This document shows positions 34,623 through 44,036 of a stretch of DNA of 57,595 nucleotides, piece after piece (position 1 is the stretch's first letter; every line of letters starts with the position of its first letter). This DNA is from Actinomycetota bacterium (GTDB lineage: Bacteria; Armatimonadota; SYMT01), in NCBI GenBank assembly GCA_005798285.1, contig SYKE01000083.1, positions 1 through 57,595 on the forward strand, given 5' to 3'. The notes under the pieces were generated by a model. That model was not told where the DNA came from, searched no databases, and saw only the letters and a program-made list of their open reading frames with translations. The position numbers and the translations under genes are program-made.

Positions 34623-37115
34623 ATGCAGCCCTACGAACCGATCTCCCTCGAAGGCGTGGTCAACTGCGGTGCAGCCTTTGTGCGCGGTCGATTTCCCGCC
34701 ACCGTTGGGGAGCAGATGTTTCACGGCATCCCGTTCTCCATTCCCGAGTCACCTGATCTGTGTTGGATCGGATTCGACGCAGGGATGGACGCTGGCACAC
34801 CGGTCGAGATCCGCATCGAACGGGAGTTCTACTCCCTGCTCGTCGCGCACACACTGATCGAGTCTGAACTCCTGCAGGGCGACCCCGTCGGTCGATTGAT
34901 CGCCGAGTACGTGCTCTGCTACCAGGATGGCGGTGAGATCCGCTGCCCCATCCGGGAGCGATTCGAGATCGCGGAGACTCCATCCGTCTGGGGCCAGTGG
35001 CCCTTCCGTGCACAACCGGATCAGGCCGATGCCCTCTTCCCTCGACACGAGGGGCCGTGGGAGCAAACCGGTCGTCGGCAGACCGAGGTGAACCAGGGGG
35101 TTGCACGCTCGTATCACCTGTGGGCCTGGCGCAATCCTGAGCCCGCGCGCCGTGTTCGCGCACTCCGAATCGAGCCTGGAGACCGACGCTTCATCGTCGC
35201 CGCCGTCACGACCGGCCACGTGGATGAAGATCCATTCCCCCGCGAACCCATGTCCAAGGTGCGTATCACACTGCCCCTTGCGGAGGATGCCGGCCGCAGC
35301 TTCGACCTCAAAGTGCAGGTGGATCGAGGATTCGCCGGTTACGCCTATCCGCTGCCGGAGACGGACGAGGCCGGTTTTCTGGCCGCACACACAGCCGGAT
35401 TCGGAGAAGAACTGAACCCCACAAGCAGTCCGGCCTACGTAGATGTGACCGGCGTGCCCTCGGCGACAGTGAAAGTGTCCCTCGGCGACGAGGAACTCGG
35501 CGCCGCGAACTGGGGAGAGTTGAAGAGTCAGGGGCGGGTGGAGGGTCCTCGCGTCGCACTTGAAGTCGTGGACCGGGGGAAGAACTGGGTTCACACGACC
35601 GTAGTCGATGACTCTACGGGAAAGCCGATTCCCTGCCGGATCCACTTCCGATCCCCGAGCGGGATCCCCTACCAGCCGCATGGACACCACACCCACCTGA
35701 ATTCGAACCAGGGCACCTGGCACATCGACATCGGGGGTGATCTCCGGATGGGCCAGATCACCTACGCCTACATCGACGGCGCCTGTCAGGGATGGCTGCC
35801 TCGGGGAGAGGTGCTGGTGGAGGTGGCACGAGGGTTCGAGTACGAGCCTCTCAGAACCCGCGTGCAGATTCAGCCGGGGCAGCGAGAGTTGACCCTTCGC
35901 CTGAAGCAGTGGAAAGACATGGCCGCCGGCGGGTGGTTCTGGGGCGACACCCACGTTCACTTCCTTGGGGCTCAGGGAGCTCATCGGGAGGCTCAAGGCG
36001 AGGGGTTGAACGTCGTCAACCTGCTCCAATCTCAATGGGGGCATCTCTACACCAACACCGAAGACTGGATCGGCCGACCGGCAGTCAGTGGGGACGGTCG
36101 AACCATCGTCTACTGCAGTCAGGAGAATCGGCAACACATCCTGGGCCACCTCTCGCTCCTGGGTTTGAAAGAACCGGTGATGCCCTGGTGCACCGATGGT
36201 CCGAGTGAGGGCCCGCTCGGAGGCGCCCTGGAAGCCACCATGTCGGAGTGGGCCGACGCGTGCCACAGACAGGGTGGGACCGTGGTTCTACCGCACTTCC
36301 CCAATCCCAATGGAGAGCCGGCCGCCATGGTCGCGACAGGTCGGGTCGACGCGGTCGAGATGATCCGGTACGGCGGATTCGAGCATGTGGAGTACTACCG
36401 ATATCTCAATTGTGGTTACCGACTCCCTCTCGTCGGCGGTACCGACAAGATGTCGGGGGATGTTCCGGTGGGGCTCTATCGCACCTACGCGGCGTTGCGC
36501 GGCGAGGAGTTCACGTACGACCGCTGGTGCCGGGCTGTCCGACAAGGTCGCACCGTCCTCAGCGGTGGTCCACTGCTCTCGATGACGGTGGAAGGCGCCG
36601 AGATCGGCGACACGGTGCGGCTGCCCCGGGGCGGTGGCACGGTGGAAGTACACGCCGTTGCCGAGTCCATCTTTCCAATCCACTGCCTGCAGCTCGTCGA
36701 GGGGGGCCGGGTGGTTGCCGAGGCCTCGAGCCGAGAGGGTACGCGGCGGCTCGAACTGAGGGAACAGGTCAAGGTGGAGCGGCACTCGTGGGTCGCAGCC
36801 CGCTGCGGGGGACCCAACTACAATCCGCTCCCCCATCACGACGATTGGCGGCGCGGTATCTTCGCCCACACCTCACCGGTCTACCTGGCGGTAGGCGAAG
36901 ACTGGTGGATGTTCGACCCCGCTGCGGCGCAGTACTTGCTGACGCTCTGTGAAGGGGGCGTGGAATACGTGCGTCACACCGCTCGCCACCATCACCCGGA
37001 CGACGTAACCCACCACCACGGTATGGAGTCGCACCTCGAGCACCTGGAGGAGCCGTTCCAGCAAGCCATTCGACAGATCCATCAGCGGATGCACCAGCTG
37101 GGCATCCCGCACTGA
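34623..37115 (+). CDS. CehA/McbA-like PHP-type metallohydrolase with about 400-aa unassigned N-terminal region
   Basis: The ATG at 34623 gives MQPYEPISLEG...; the ORF-track start at 34404 overlaps the S9 gene. VVDDSTGKPIPCRIHF is a CarboxypepD_reg-like strand. GDTHVHF, SQENRQHILGHLSLLG and HTSPVYLAV follow, with a His-rich C-terminus. Confidence 0.6.
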   Translation: MQPYEPISLEGVVNCGAAFVRGRFPATVGEQMFHGIPFSIPESPDLCWIGFDAGMDAGTPVEIRIEREFYSLLVAHTLIESELLQGDPVGRLIAEYVLCYQDGGEIRCPIRERFEIAETPSVWGQWPFRAQPDQADALFPRHEGPWEQTGRRQTEVNQGVARSYHLWAWRNPEPARRVRALRIEPGDRRFIVAAVTTGHVDEDPFPREPMSKVRITLPLAEDAGRSFDLKVQVDRGFAGYAYPLPETDEAGFLAAHTAGFGEELNPTSSPAYVDVTGVPSATVKVSLGDEELGAANWGELKSQGRVEGPRVALEVVDRGKNWVHTTVVDDSTGKPIPCRIHFRSPSGIPYQPHGHHTHLNSNQGTWHIDIGGDLRMGQITYAYIDGACQGWLPRGEVLVEVARGFEYEPLRTRVQIQPGQRELTLRLKQWKDMAAGGWFWGDTHVHFLGAQGAHREAQGEGLNVVNLLQSQWGHLYTNTEDWIGRPAVSGDGRTIVYCSQENRQHILGHLSLLGLKEPVMPWCTDGPSEGPLGGALEATMSEWADACHRQGGTVVLPHFPNPNGEPAAMVATGRVDAVEMIRYGGFEHVEYYRYLNCGYRLPLVGGTDKMSGDVPVGLYRTYAALRGEEFTYDRWCRAVRQGRTVLSGGPLLSMTVEGAEIGDTVRLPRGGGTVEVHAVAESIFPIHCLQLVEGGRVVAEASSREGTRRLELREQVKVERHSWVAARCGGPNYNPLPHHDDWRRGIFAHTSPVYLAVGEDWWMFDPAAAQYLLTLCEGGVEYVRHTARHHHPDDVTHHHGMESHLEHLEEPFQQAIRQIHQRMHQLGIPH

Positions 37116-37122
37116 CGCGAAA

Positions 37123-37157
37123 ACCGGGTGTGCGCCCGCGCTGGGTACACACCCGGT
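37123..37157. terminator. hairpin between convergent genes (possible bidirectional terminator)
   Basis: ACCGGGTGTG (37123-37132) and CACACCCGGT (37148-37157) form a 10-bp stem with a 15-nt loop. A-run and T-containing flanks are present. It lies between the stops at 37115 (+) and 37199 (-). Confidence 0.5.
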
Positions 37158-37198
37158 CTTCGACTCGAACCAGAACTAAGGAACAGCCGACTCGCGAG

Positions 37199-38557
37199 TT
37201 AGCCCTTCTTCTCGGGCGCGGAGACCTTCATTCGCTCAGGCGTCTCGGGAATCTGATTGATGATCCGGTTCGGCGCCCCGCTGCGCTTCCGTAGTTCGAA
37301 TGCATCGTAGAGCACGCCCGCCGCCGTTCGTGCCTCGTACTTGAGGGTGTCTCCATCGATACGAATCACCTGATAAAGCTGGGTTTGCTCCGCCACTCGC
37401 TTCATCCACGGCTGCCGCGAGAGCTCATACATCTTCGGGCCGCTCACCGAAACCACGTAGACAGTGCCGGATTTGGGGTCGATCTCCCCTTCTCCGGACA
37501 CTACATTCGAGCGGGCGTAAGTGTGATCGTGGCCCTGCATCACCAGATCCACCCCGTACTTTTCGAAGACGGGCTTCCACGCAGTTCGGAGCGCAGCGTT
37601 ATCGCGCCCCTTCGCAGTCGAGAGGATGGGGTGATGGAACGTCAGCAATGTCCAGCGGTTCGGGTTGTTCGAGAGCACCTTCTCCAGCCATCTCGCCTGA
37701 ATTCCCGGATCTTCATTGGAGTTCAGCGATACGATGCGGGCGCCCTGATAGTCCAGGTAGTAGCACGTCTCTTTGAGCGACTCCGGCCCATTCTCCGGGA
37801 GGGTGAACTGCGGTTTCCAGTGGATGCTGAGATCCGGCTTGCCCAGCATGGTCCTACCGTACTCGTGGTTGCCGGGAGTGGGGATGGACGGGACACTGCC
37901 GTTCAACCAACCGCCCGCGCCGTGCCATTCGCCCCACTCTGCATCTCGCGTCCGCGTGTTGATGAGGTCGCCGGCGTGAATGAAGAAGCGGATCCCGGAG
38001 TCCTGGATGAACGACTGTCGAATCACCCGGGACCATCGGGACTTCAAGTCATTCTGAGCATCCCCGAAGTAGACGAAACTGAACGGGGAAGCTTTCGACT
38101 TTGCCGTGCGGAACTGAAACCACTCGCTCCAATTGGCGCCGTCACCCACCCGGTAGGCGTAGACGGTGTCCGGGCGAAGCATTTCGAAGCGCACAGAGTG
38201 ATACTGAGCCGTGCTGAGGTCCGTCGTCAGCGTCTGCGAGGCGGCGTGGATGGTTCGCGCGCCCGCAGTCAGGTCGGGTCCGGCGCCGGCTTCCGTAATC
38301 TGAGCCTGCGCGGAGGAGACCGAAGTGTCGGTGCGCCAGGTCACGGCCTGACTGGTGGCAGGGTCCCCCGCGAACGTCAGAACGACGCGATCCGGCACGG
38401 GAGTTGGACGATACGTCTCCTTCTCGGGATAGCGTTCCGGAGTGGAGACCTGCCCATGGGCCGATCGGGGAGACAGTAGTACGGAATAGCCGGCGCCCGC
38501 GAGGACGAGTGCGCCCGAGAGGCAAACGGCGGCAGTGGAAAGGTTGCGTTTCATCAA
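37199..38557 (-). CDS. purple-acid-phosphatase-like metallophosphoesterase (secreted)
   Basis: 452 aa with signal peptide AAVCLSGALVLAGAGYS. An N-terminal PAP/FN3-like domain is followed by GDAQND, HAGDLIN, PGNHEY, FHHP and GHDHTY. Confidence 0.75.
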   Translation of the reverse strand: MMKRNLSTAAVCLSGALVLAGAGYSVLLSPRSAHGQVSTPERYPEKETYRPTPVPDRVVLTFAGDPATSQAVTWRTDTSVSSAQAQITEAGAGPDLTAGARTIHAASQTLTTDLSTAQYHSVRFEMLRPDTVYAYRVGDGANWSEWFQFRTAKSKASPFSFVYFGDAQNDLKSRWSRVIRQSFIQDSGIRFFIHAGDLINTRTRDAEWGEWHGAGGWLNGSVPSIPTPGNHEYGRTMLGKPDLSIHWKPQFTLPENGPESLKETCYYLDYQGARIVSLNSNEDPGIQARWLEKVLSNNPNRWTLLTFHHPILSTAKGRDNAALRTAWKPVFEKYGVDLVMQGHDHTYARSNVVSGEGEIDPKSGTVYVVSVSGPKMYELSRQPWMKRVAEQTQLYQVIRIDGDTLKYEARTAAGVLYDAFELRKRSGAPNRIINQIPETPERMKVSAPEKKG

Positions 38558-38620
38558 GCTGATCCAAACCCGGCCCCTCGGTCGACATAGTAGTGCCTCC
38601 CCGTGGGACCGGCGGAATTA

Positions 38621-38629
38621 TGCTATACT
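38621..38629 (+). promoter_or_regulatory. candidate extended -10 promoter for mutS2
   Basis: TGcTATACT matches TGnTATAAT in 8 of 9 positions. It lies 61 nt upstream of the preferred mutS2 ATG, in the divergent spacer. Confidence 0.35.
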
Positions 38630-38689
38630 CCGCCGCCCTTCAAACCGTTGGCGACGGCTTAAATGGCGCTGCGTGCGCCGGTGAGCACT

Positions 38690-41188
38690 ATGGACGAACA
38701 CGCGCTGAAGGTTCTGGAGTTTCCCGCCGTCCGGGAGATGCTCGCTGAGCACGCTGCCACCACGCTTGGATTGGAGCGGATCGGGGCACTGCTGCCCTCC
38801 GCGTCCGCGAGGTTGATCGAGCAACGACTGCAGGAGACGTCGGAGGCCCTCCGGCTTCTCGAAACGCCGGGGTCCTTCCACTTTGGAGGCGCTCGTGACA
38901 TCCGGGGGGCGGTGGCGCTCGCGGCCGCGGGCGGAGTGCTCGATCCGCGGACCCTGATGGATGTAGCGGGCACCCTGGAGTGCTGCCGCCGTCTACGGGC
39001 GCTTCTTGTTCCCCGTCGTGAAAGCAGTCCTCGACTGGCGGAACTGGGAGAGCGGCTGCAGGACTTTCGTGCCCTGGAAACCCGCATCCACGAAGTGGTG
39101 AACGACGCGGCGGAAGTTCGTGACGACGCCACTCCTCGGCTGGAGCGCATCCGCCGAACCCTCCGTCAAACCAAGAGCCGTATGATCGAGCGGCTCCAGG
39201 CGATCCTGAGGAGCCCGCAGTATCGGGACATGATTCAGGACCCGATCATCACCACTCGCGATGGACGCCAGTGCATTCCCGTCAAGGCCGAGTATCGAAG
39301 CCAGTTCGGCGGTCTCGTCCACGATCAGTCTTCGAGCGGCTCCACGTACTTTATGGAACCCGGCCCGGTCGTCGAGCTGGGCAATGAACTCCGTCAGGAA
39401 GAGCTCCGTGAACGCGAAGAGGTCGAGCGGATCCTCAGGGAACTGTCGGGACTGGTCGGCGCGCGAGGCGAAGACCTGGCCTACGCGTTGGAAGCGCTGT
39501 CAGAGCTGGACCTGATTTCATCCCGAGCGCGACTTGCGCTCCGACAGCACTCCACTCGCCCGGAACTCCAATCGGAGGGCGCCCTCGTGCTGCGGCGGGC
39601 GAGGCATCCGCTGCTCAAAGGGGATGTCGTTCCCCTCGACTTGGAGATGGATCGGGACCGAAGGGTCATCGTCATCACAGGCCCGAACACGGGAGGCAAA
39701 ACGGTCGGGCTCAAGACGGTCGGACTGATGGCAATGATGGCGCAGTGTGGACTGTATATCCCCGCGGACGAAGGCTCCACGCTCCCGATCTTCAACGGGG
39801 TCTACGCCGACATCGGAGATGAGCAGAGCCTGCAGCAGTCGCTCTCCACGTTCAGCGGGCACATCACCAACATCTCGCGCATCCTGACATCGGTCGAGGC
39901 CGGAGGCGGAACTGCTCTGGTGCTGCTGGATGAGGTGGGCGCGGGCACCGATCCGGCTGAAGGAGCAGCGCTGGCAAGGGCGATTCTGTCGCGGTTGCTG
40001 AGTCTGGGAGCACTCACCATCGCCACCACCCACTACGGGGAGCTGAAGGAGTATGCGTACGCAACGGCGGGTGTGGAGAACGCCTCGGTCGAGTTTGACA
40101 CCCGAACCCTGAGACCCACCTACCGGCTGCTCGTGGGGATCCCCGGCGCCTCCAATGCCCTGACCATCGCCGCGAGATATGGGATGCCGGAGTCGGTGCT
40201 GGCCGAAGCTCGTGAAGATGTGGGAAAGCAGCGGCTCGAAGTATCGGACATGATCCGCCGACTCACCGAGAAACAGCGTGCCACCGAGCACGAACTCAGA
40301 CGCGCCTCGGAGACCGCCCGAGAAGCGGATGCCGCTCGTAAAAAGGCGGAGCGGGAGCTCAATCAACTTCGCGCCGACCGGGCGGACACCCTCAACCGGG
40401 CGCGGACCCAGGCCGATGAACTCCTCCGCAGTGCGCGACGCGAGGCGGAGCGGATGCGGGAGGAGCTCAAACGGATCGAGCGGGATGCTCGGAAAGTCGT
40501 GGATGGCGGCGCCACCCCCGAGGGGCTTCAGGTGCTCAGAGATCGACTGCTGTCGGCTGGGAAGCGCCTGCAGCAGTCCGAAGAGCGGGTAGAGCGGACA
40601 GCGGAGCGCTATGACTCCCACGGCCTTGAGCGCGAAAAACGCGCCGAGAAACGCCTCGGCGTGGATGCCGAGCCGCCGAAGGACGTGGAGGAGGAGCCGG
40701 TCCTCAAGCTGGACTCCCACCCACCCGCAGTGGGCGACTTGGTGTGGGTTCAGGGATTCGAACAGCGCGGAACGCTCTTGACGGCGCCTCAGTCGGGCAA
40801 GGTACAGGTCTTGATCGGCTCGATGCGGGTGTCGGTACCGGAGGACTCGGCTCGACGCCTTCTCTCTCCTCCAGCCGTCTCACCGCAGCCCGCGGTCCCG
40901 ATGCCTTCACAGGGCGATTCCCGACTCCAGCGGCGATTCACGATCTCCCCCGAGTTGAGATTGCTCGGCAAACGCGCCGAGGAGGCAATCGTCGAACTCG
41001 ACAGCTATCTGGACGACGCCTGCATGGCCGGTCTCTCGAACGTTCGTATCGTTCACGGCAAGGGCAGCGGCGCTCTGAAGCGAGTCGTCTGGGAGTTCCT
41101 GCAGCGTCACACTTCGGTCGGAGCCTTCCGACACCCGGATGAGGCGGAGGGTGGTCACGGCGTCACCATCGCCGAACTCAAAGACTGA
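38690..41188 (+). CDS. mutS2: endonuclease MutS2 (MutS ATPase core plus C-terminal Smr domain)
   Basis: The preferred ATG at 38690 gives MDEHALKVLEFPAVREMLAEHA (GGTGAG 7 nt upstream). Walker A is ITGPNTGGKT and Walker B is LVLLDEVGAGTDP. A long coiled-coil precedes the Smr domain LRLLGKRAEEAIVELDSYLDDA...VRIVHGKGSGALK. Confidence 0.9.
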   Translation: MDEHALKVLEFPAVREMLAEHAATTLGLERIGALLPSASARLIEQRLQETSEALRLLETPGSFHFGGARDIRGAVALAAAGGVLDPRTLMDVAGTLECCRRLRALLVPRRESSPRLAELGERLQDFRALETRIHEVVNDAAEVRDDATPRLERIRRTLRQTKSRMIERLQAILRSPQYRDMIQDPIITTRDGRQCIPVKAEYRSQFGGLVHDQSSSGSTYFMEPGPVVELGNELRQEELREREEVERILRELSGLVGARGEDLAYALEALSELDLISSRARLALRQHSTRPELQSEGALVLRRARHPLLKGDVVPLDLEMDRDRRVIVITGPNTGGKTVGLKTVGLMAMMAQCGLYIPADEGSTLPIFNGVYADIGDEQSLQQSLSTFSGHITNISRILTSVEAGGGTALVLLDEVGAGTDPAEGAALARAILSRLLSLGALTIATTHYGELKEYAYATAGVENASVEFDTRTLRPTYRLLVGIPGASNALTIAARYGMPESVLAEAREDVGKQRLEVSDMIRRLTEKQRATEHELRRASETAREADAARKKAERELNQLRADRADTLNRARTQADELLRSARREAERMREELKRIERDARKVVDGGATPEGLQVLRDRLLSAGKRLQQSEERVERTAERYDSHGLEREKRAEKRLGVDAEPPKDVEEEPVLKLDSHPPAVGDLVWVQGFEQRGTLLTAPQSGKVQVLIGSMRVSVPEDSARRLLSPPAVSPQPAVPMPSQGDSRLQRRFTISPELRLLGKRAEEAIVELDSYLDDACMAGLSNVRIVHGKGSGALKRVVWEFLQRHTSVGAFRHPDEAEGGHGVTIAELKD

Positions 41189-41218
41189 TCGCAACAGCGT
41201 GGAGGTGTCGGAGCCTGG

Positions 41219-42073
41219 ATGGCAGAAGGGAACGGAACGATGTCCCCAGGCGTTGAGGCAGAACTTCTTGCGGCTTCCCAGCCGCTCCGCGTACCCGGTC
41301 AGGGCGACATGCGAGTGCTCTCCCAGGGTGCGGTTCAGCGAATCGCCGCCCAGGAGGGCGTCACGGCCTGGGAGATCGAAGCGGCAGCGCTCGAGGCAGG
41401 GGTGGCGCCGATCCACTACCTCCGAAACCTTTCTCGCTTCGGTTTTTCGGGTCAGATCCGGTTGCTGCGATCCTCCGTTTGTCTCGTGGGTGATCCTCGC
41501 GTTACCCTGAAGATTGCGGCCCGTCTCGCACAATCCGGGGTCGGTCGCTTTGTTCTGATACCCAGCGGCGACTCCGATCCACCGACGCGAGAGCCGCTGC
41601 AACCCCGGGCCGAGGCGGAGATCCGATCAGCGAACCGGAGCGCCGAGGTCTCCATTGAAACAGCGGATCTCAAGCGCGGCGACGTCCGACTTGTGCTGAA
41701 GCGGTCCAACGTGGCCATCGGGTTGCTTGCTCAGGCGATGGAAGAGCAGCTCCTGGAGTTTGCCTGTAAGGTGACGCGGGTCCCGTTGGTGCTCGGCGGG
41801 GTGGACGGGATGGAGTGTCAGGCGCTCACGGTCCTGCCGGGAGAGTCCGGGGTTGCGCTGGTGTACCGGCCAACCCAGAGCCACATTCGGTCACAGCGAT
41901 CCGATGCGCTCCTGTCGGACGTGTCGGTGATGATGGTTGCCGGGTGGGTGGCGGAACAGGCCGTGCAGCTCTTGCTGGGAGAGGGCGCTCTCCTCGCGGG
42001 GCGGTTGCGATACGCCCATTTCGGTAAGGGCGAGATGGTAGAAGCGCCTTTGCGGGGCTCGGAGCAAGGATGA
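41219..42073 (+). CDS. hypothetical protein, ThiF/MoeB(E1)-like fold with degenerate nucleotide-binding loop
   Basis: 284 aa. HYLRNLSRFGFSGQIRLLRSSVCLVGDPRVTLKIAARLAQSGVGRFVLIPSGD aligns by eye with the ThiF-family N-terminus, but GxGGxG is replaced by GDPRVT. The C-terminal MVAGWVAEQAVQLLLGEGALLAGRL matches the ThiF tail. Confidence 0.4.
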   Translation: MAEGNGTMSPGVEAELLAASQPLRVPGQGDMRVLSQGAVQRIAAQEGVTAWEIEAAALEAGVAPIHYLRNLSRFGFSGQIRLLRSSVCLVGDPRVTLKIAARLAQSGVGRFVLIPSGDSDPPTREPLQPRAEAEIRSANRSAEVSIETADLKRGDVRLVLKRSNVAIGLLAQAMEEQLLEFACKVTRVPLVLGGVDGMECQALTVLPGESGVALVYRPTQSHIRSQRSDALLSDVSVMMVAGWVAEQAVQLLLGEGALLAGRLRYAHFGKGEMVEAPLRGSEQG

Positions 42074-43206
42074 CAGGTCGAGGCACGGCGGTAATCTTCG
42101 GGGCGGGGAGCATCGGACGCGGCTTCATGGGGCAGATCCTGCACGAAGCCGGGCTGGAACTGGTGTTTGTCGAAGCCAACCCCGCCCTCGTGGACGAGCT
42201 GAATCGAGCCGGCCGCTACCCGTTGCTCCTCGTCGGCCCAACTCGCCACGAGCGACTGGAGATCGACGGAGTCCGTGCCGTTTCCGCGATGGACGTGGAT
42301 GCGGTGGCTCGAGAGCTCGCTCACTGTGAGGTTGCGTGTTCGGCGGTCGGGGTCCGGATCCTGCCCCGTATCGCACCCGCTGTGGCGCTCGGAGCCGCCC
42401 TCCGTCGAGATGAGGGTGATCGACCGTTGAACCTGATCCTCTGCGAAAACCAGCTCCACTCCTCGAGGATCTTGCGGGATGCGGTGATGGCTCAGGAGCA
42501 TCCTCCGGTGCTCGATCACTTTGGGCTGGTTGAGAGCGTGATTGGTCGAATGGTGCCGCTTCCGGATCCGTCTCGAGGAGGAGATCCATTAGAGGTGCGC
42601 GCTGAAGACCACATGCAGTTGCCGCTGGATGCTGCCGCCATTCGAGGCGAGTTACCGGTCCATCCGGCGTTCCGCCCGGTGTCTCCGTTTGAACCGTGGG
42701 TGGAACGGAAACTGTTTCTCACCAACATGGGCCATGCGACCGCCGCGTACGTCGGTGATCTGTTCGGGTGCAACACGATCGCGGAAGCGATGCAGGTGGA
42801 GGCGGTCGCTTCCGTCGTTCGGACCGCAATGGAGGCTGCGTCGGCCGCCCTGAGTATGGCGCACTCGTTTCCGCTTCCGGAGCTTCTCGACGAGACCAAG
42901 GACCTGCTGATCCGCTTCGCGAACCCAGGGCTGGAGGACACGGTGAGCCGCGTCGGGCGGGACCCCGGGCGAAAACTCGGACGTGAGGATCGACTCATCG
43001 GAGCAGCATTGCTATGCCTGAAGTCGGGCCTGAATCCCGCTCCGGTTTGCGTCGGCATTGCCGCAGCGCTCCGATTTGAGACCTCCGGTCCGAAACGACC
43101 CGCGCTGGAAGCGTTCGAGGCACTCGCGGGCTACTCCGCGCCGGCGGAGCTCAGCGAGGCCATTCTGCAAGCCGATCACGTGGTCGACGGTCTTCAACCC
43201 GGCTGA
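42070..43206 (+). CDS. mannitol-1-phosphate 5-dehydrogenase-like (mannitol dehydrogenase family) oxidoreductase
   Basis: 378 aa. The Rossmann start is AVIFGAGSIGRGFMGQIL. LILCENQ and KLFLTNMGHATAAYVG follow. An ATGA overlap joins it to the preceding gene. Confidence 0.6.
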   Translation: MTGRGTAVIFGAGSIGRGFMGQILHEAGLELVFVEANPALVDELNRAGRYPLLLVGPTRHERLEIDGVRAVSAMDVDAVARELAHCEVACSAVGVRILPRIAPAVALGAALRRDEGDRPLNLILCENQLHSSRILRDAVMAQEHPPVLDHFGLVESVIGRMVPLPDPSRGGDPLEVRAEDHMQLPLDAAAIRGELPVHPAFRPVSPFEPWVERKLFLTNMGHATAAYVGDLFGCNTIAEAMQVEAVASVVRTAMEAASAALSMAHSFPLPELLDETKDLLIRFANPGLEDTVSRVGRDPGRKLGREDRLIGAALLCLKSGLNPAPVCVGIAAALRFETSGPKRPALEAFEALAGYSAPAELSEAILQADHVVDGLQPG

Positions 43207-44036
43207 AGCGCACCTCGAATCGCACAGACTTCTCGCAGCACCCCGCACGCCTCGTCCGGGGTGAGCTGAGCCGCCGCGTCACTGAGCGCCGCCGCAGGGT
43301 TGGTGTGGACTTCGAGAAACAGAGCGTCGATCCCCACCGCAGCGGCAGCCCTCGCGAGGTGCGGGGCAAACTCCCGCGTCGCGCCACTCTGCGAGCCCAA
43401 TCCGCTGGGCTGCTGCAGGCTGTGGGTGACATCGAAACAAACCGGATAGCCGAGCGCCCGCATGGTCGGAAGTCCCCGAAAGTCCACAACCAGCGTGTTG
43501 TAACCGAAGGTGCTGCCTCTCTCGGTCAAGAGGACCCCCGTGCAGCCGGCTTCCGACAGCTTCTCCACGACGGGTCGCATGTCCCAGGGAGCCATGAACT
43601 GGGCCTTTTTCACGTTCACCGGCCGACCGGTCCGCGCGGCTGCCACCAGCAGATCCGTCTGTCGGGCCAGGAAGGCGGGGATCTGGAGCATGTCCACCAC
43701 TGCCGCGGCCGGAGCTGCCTGCCAGGGCTCGTGGATGTCCGTCAGAACAGGCACGCCGAGCTCCGACGTCACTCGCCGCAGGATCTCCAGCCCCCCATCC
43801 AGACCGGGTCCTCTGGGTGAGGAGAGACTCGTCCGATTCGCCTTGTCGAAGCTGCCCTTGAAAATATAGTCGCAGTCCAGTTGGCTGCACAGGTCCCGCA
43901 TGCTCCGCCCGACATCGAGGCAGAGCTCCAGCGACTCGAGCATGCAAGGCCCTGCGATCACGGTAAGCCGGCCCGCCCCGATGACGAAGTCCCTCAGTCG
44001 AAAGGCCTTCACCGGCGTCGATGCGGAACCCATCAC
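43194..44036 (-). CDS. kdsA: 3-deoxy-8-phosphooctulonate (KDO8P) synthase
   Basis: 280 aa with VIAGPCMLES, IFKGSFDKANRTS, TDIHE, QIPAFLARQTDL, NVKKAQF, LTERG and FDVTHSLQ. Confidence 0.9.
   Translation of the reverse strand: MMGSASTPVKAFRLRDFVIGAGRLTVIAGPCMLESLELCLDVGRSMRDLCSQLDCDYIFKGSFDKANRTSLSSPRGPGLDGGLEILRRVTSELGVPVLTDIHEPWQAAPAAAVVDMLQIPAFLARQTDLLVAAARTGRPVNVKKAQFMAPWDMRPVVEKLSEAGCTGVLLTERGSTFGYNTLVVDFRGLPTMRALGYPVCFDVTHSLQQPSGLGSQSGATREFAPHLARAAAAVGIDALFLEVHTNPAAALSDAAAQLTPDEACGVLREVCAIRGALQPG

Noticed and set aside
34749-36266. 505-aa minus-strand ORF antisense to the PHP metallohydrolase
   Set aside because: It is the longest spurious ORF in the track. Its composition is Arg/Gly/Pro/Val-rich, and the plus frame has recognisable domain motifs and operon context.
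37385-38479. 364-aa plus-strand ORF antisense to the purple-acid-phosphatase-like gene
   Set aside because: The metallophosphoesterase motifs (GDAQND, GNHEY, GHDHTY) are in the minus frame. The antisense product is Arg-rich junk.
39518-40720. 400-aa minus-strand ORF antisense to mutS2
   Set aside because: mutS2 Walker motifs and the coiled-coil lie in the plus frame over the same nucleotides. The antisense protein has no features.
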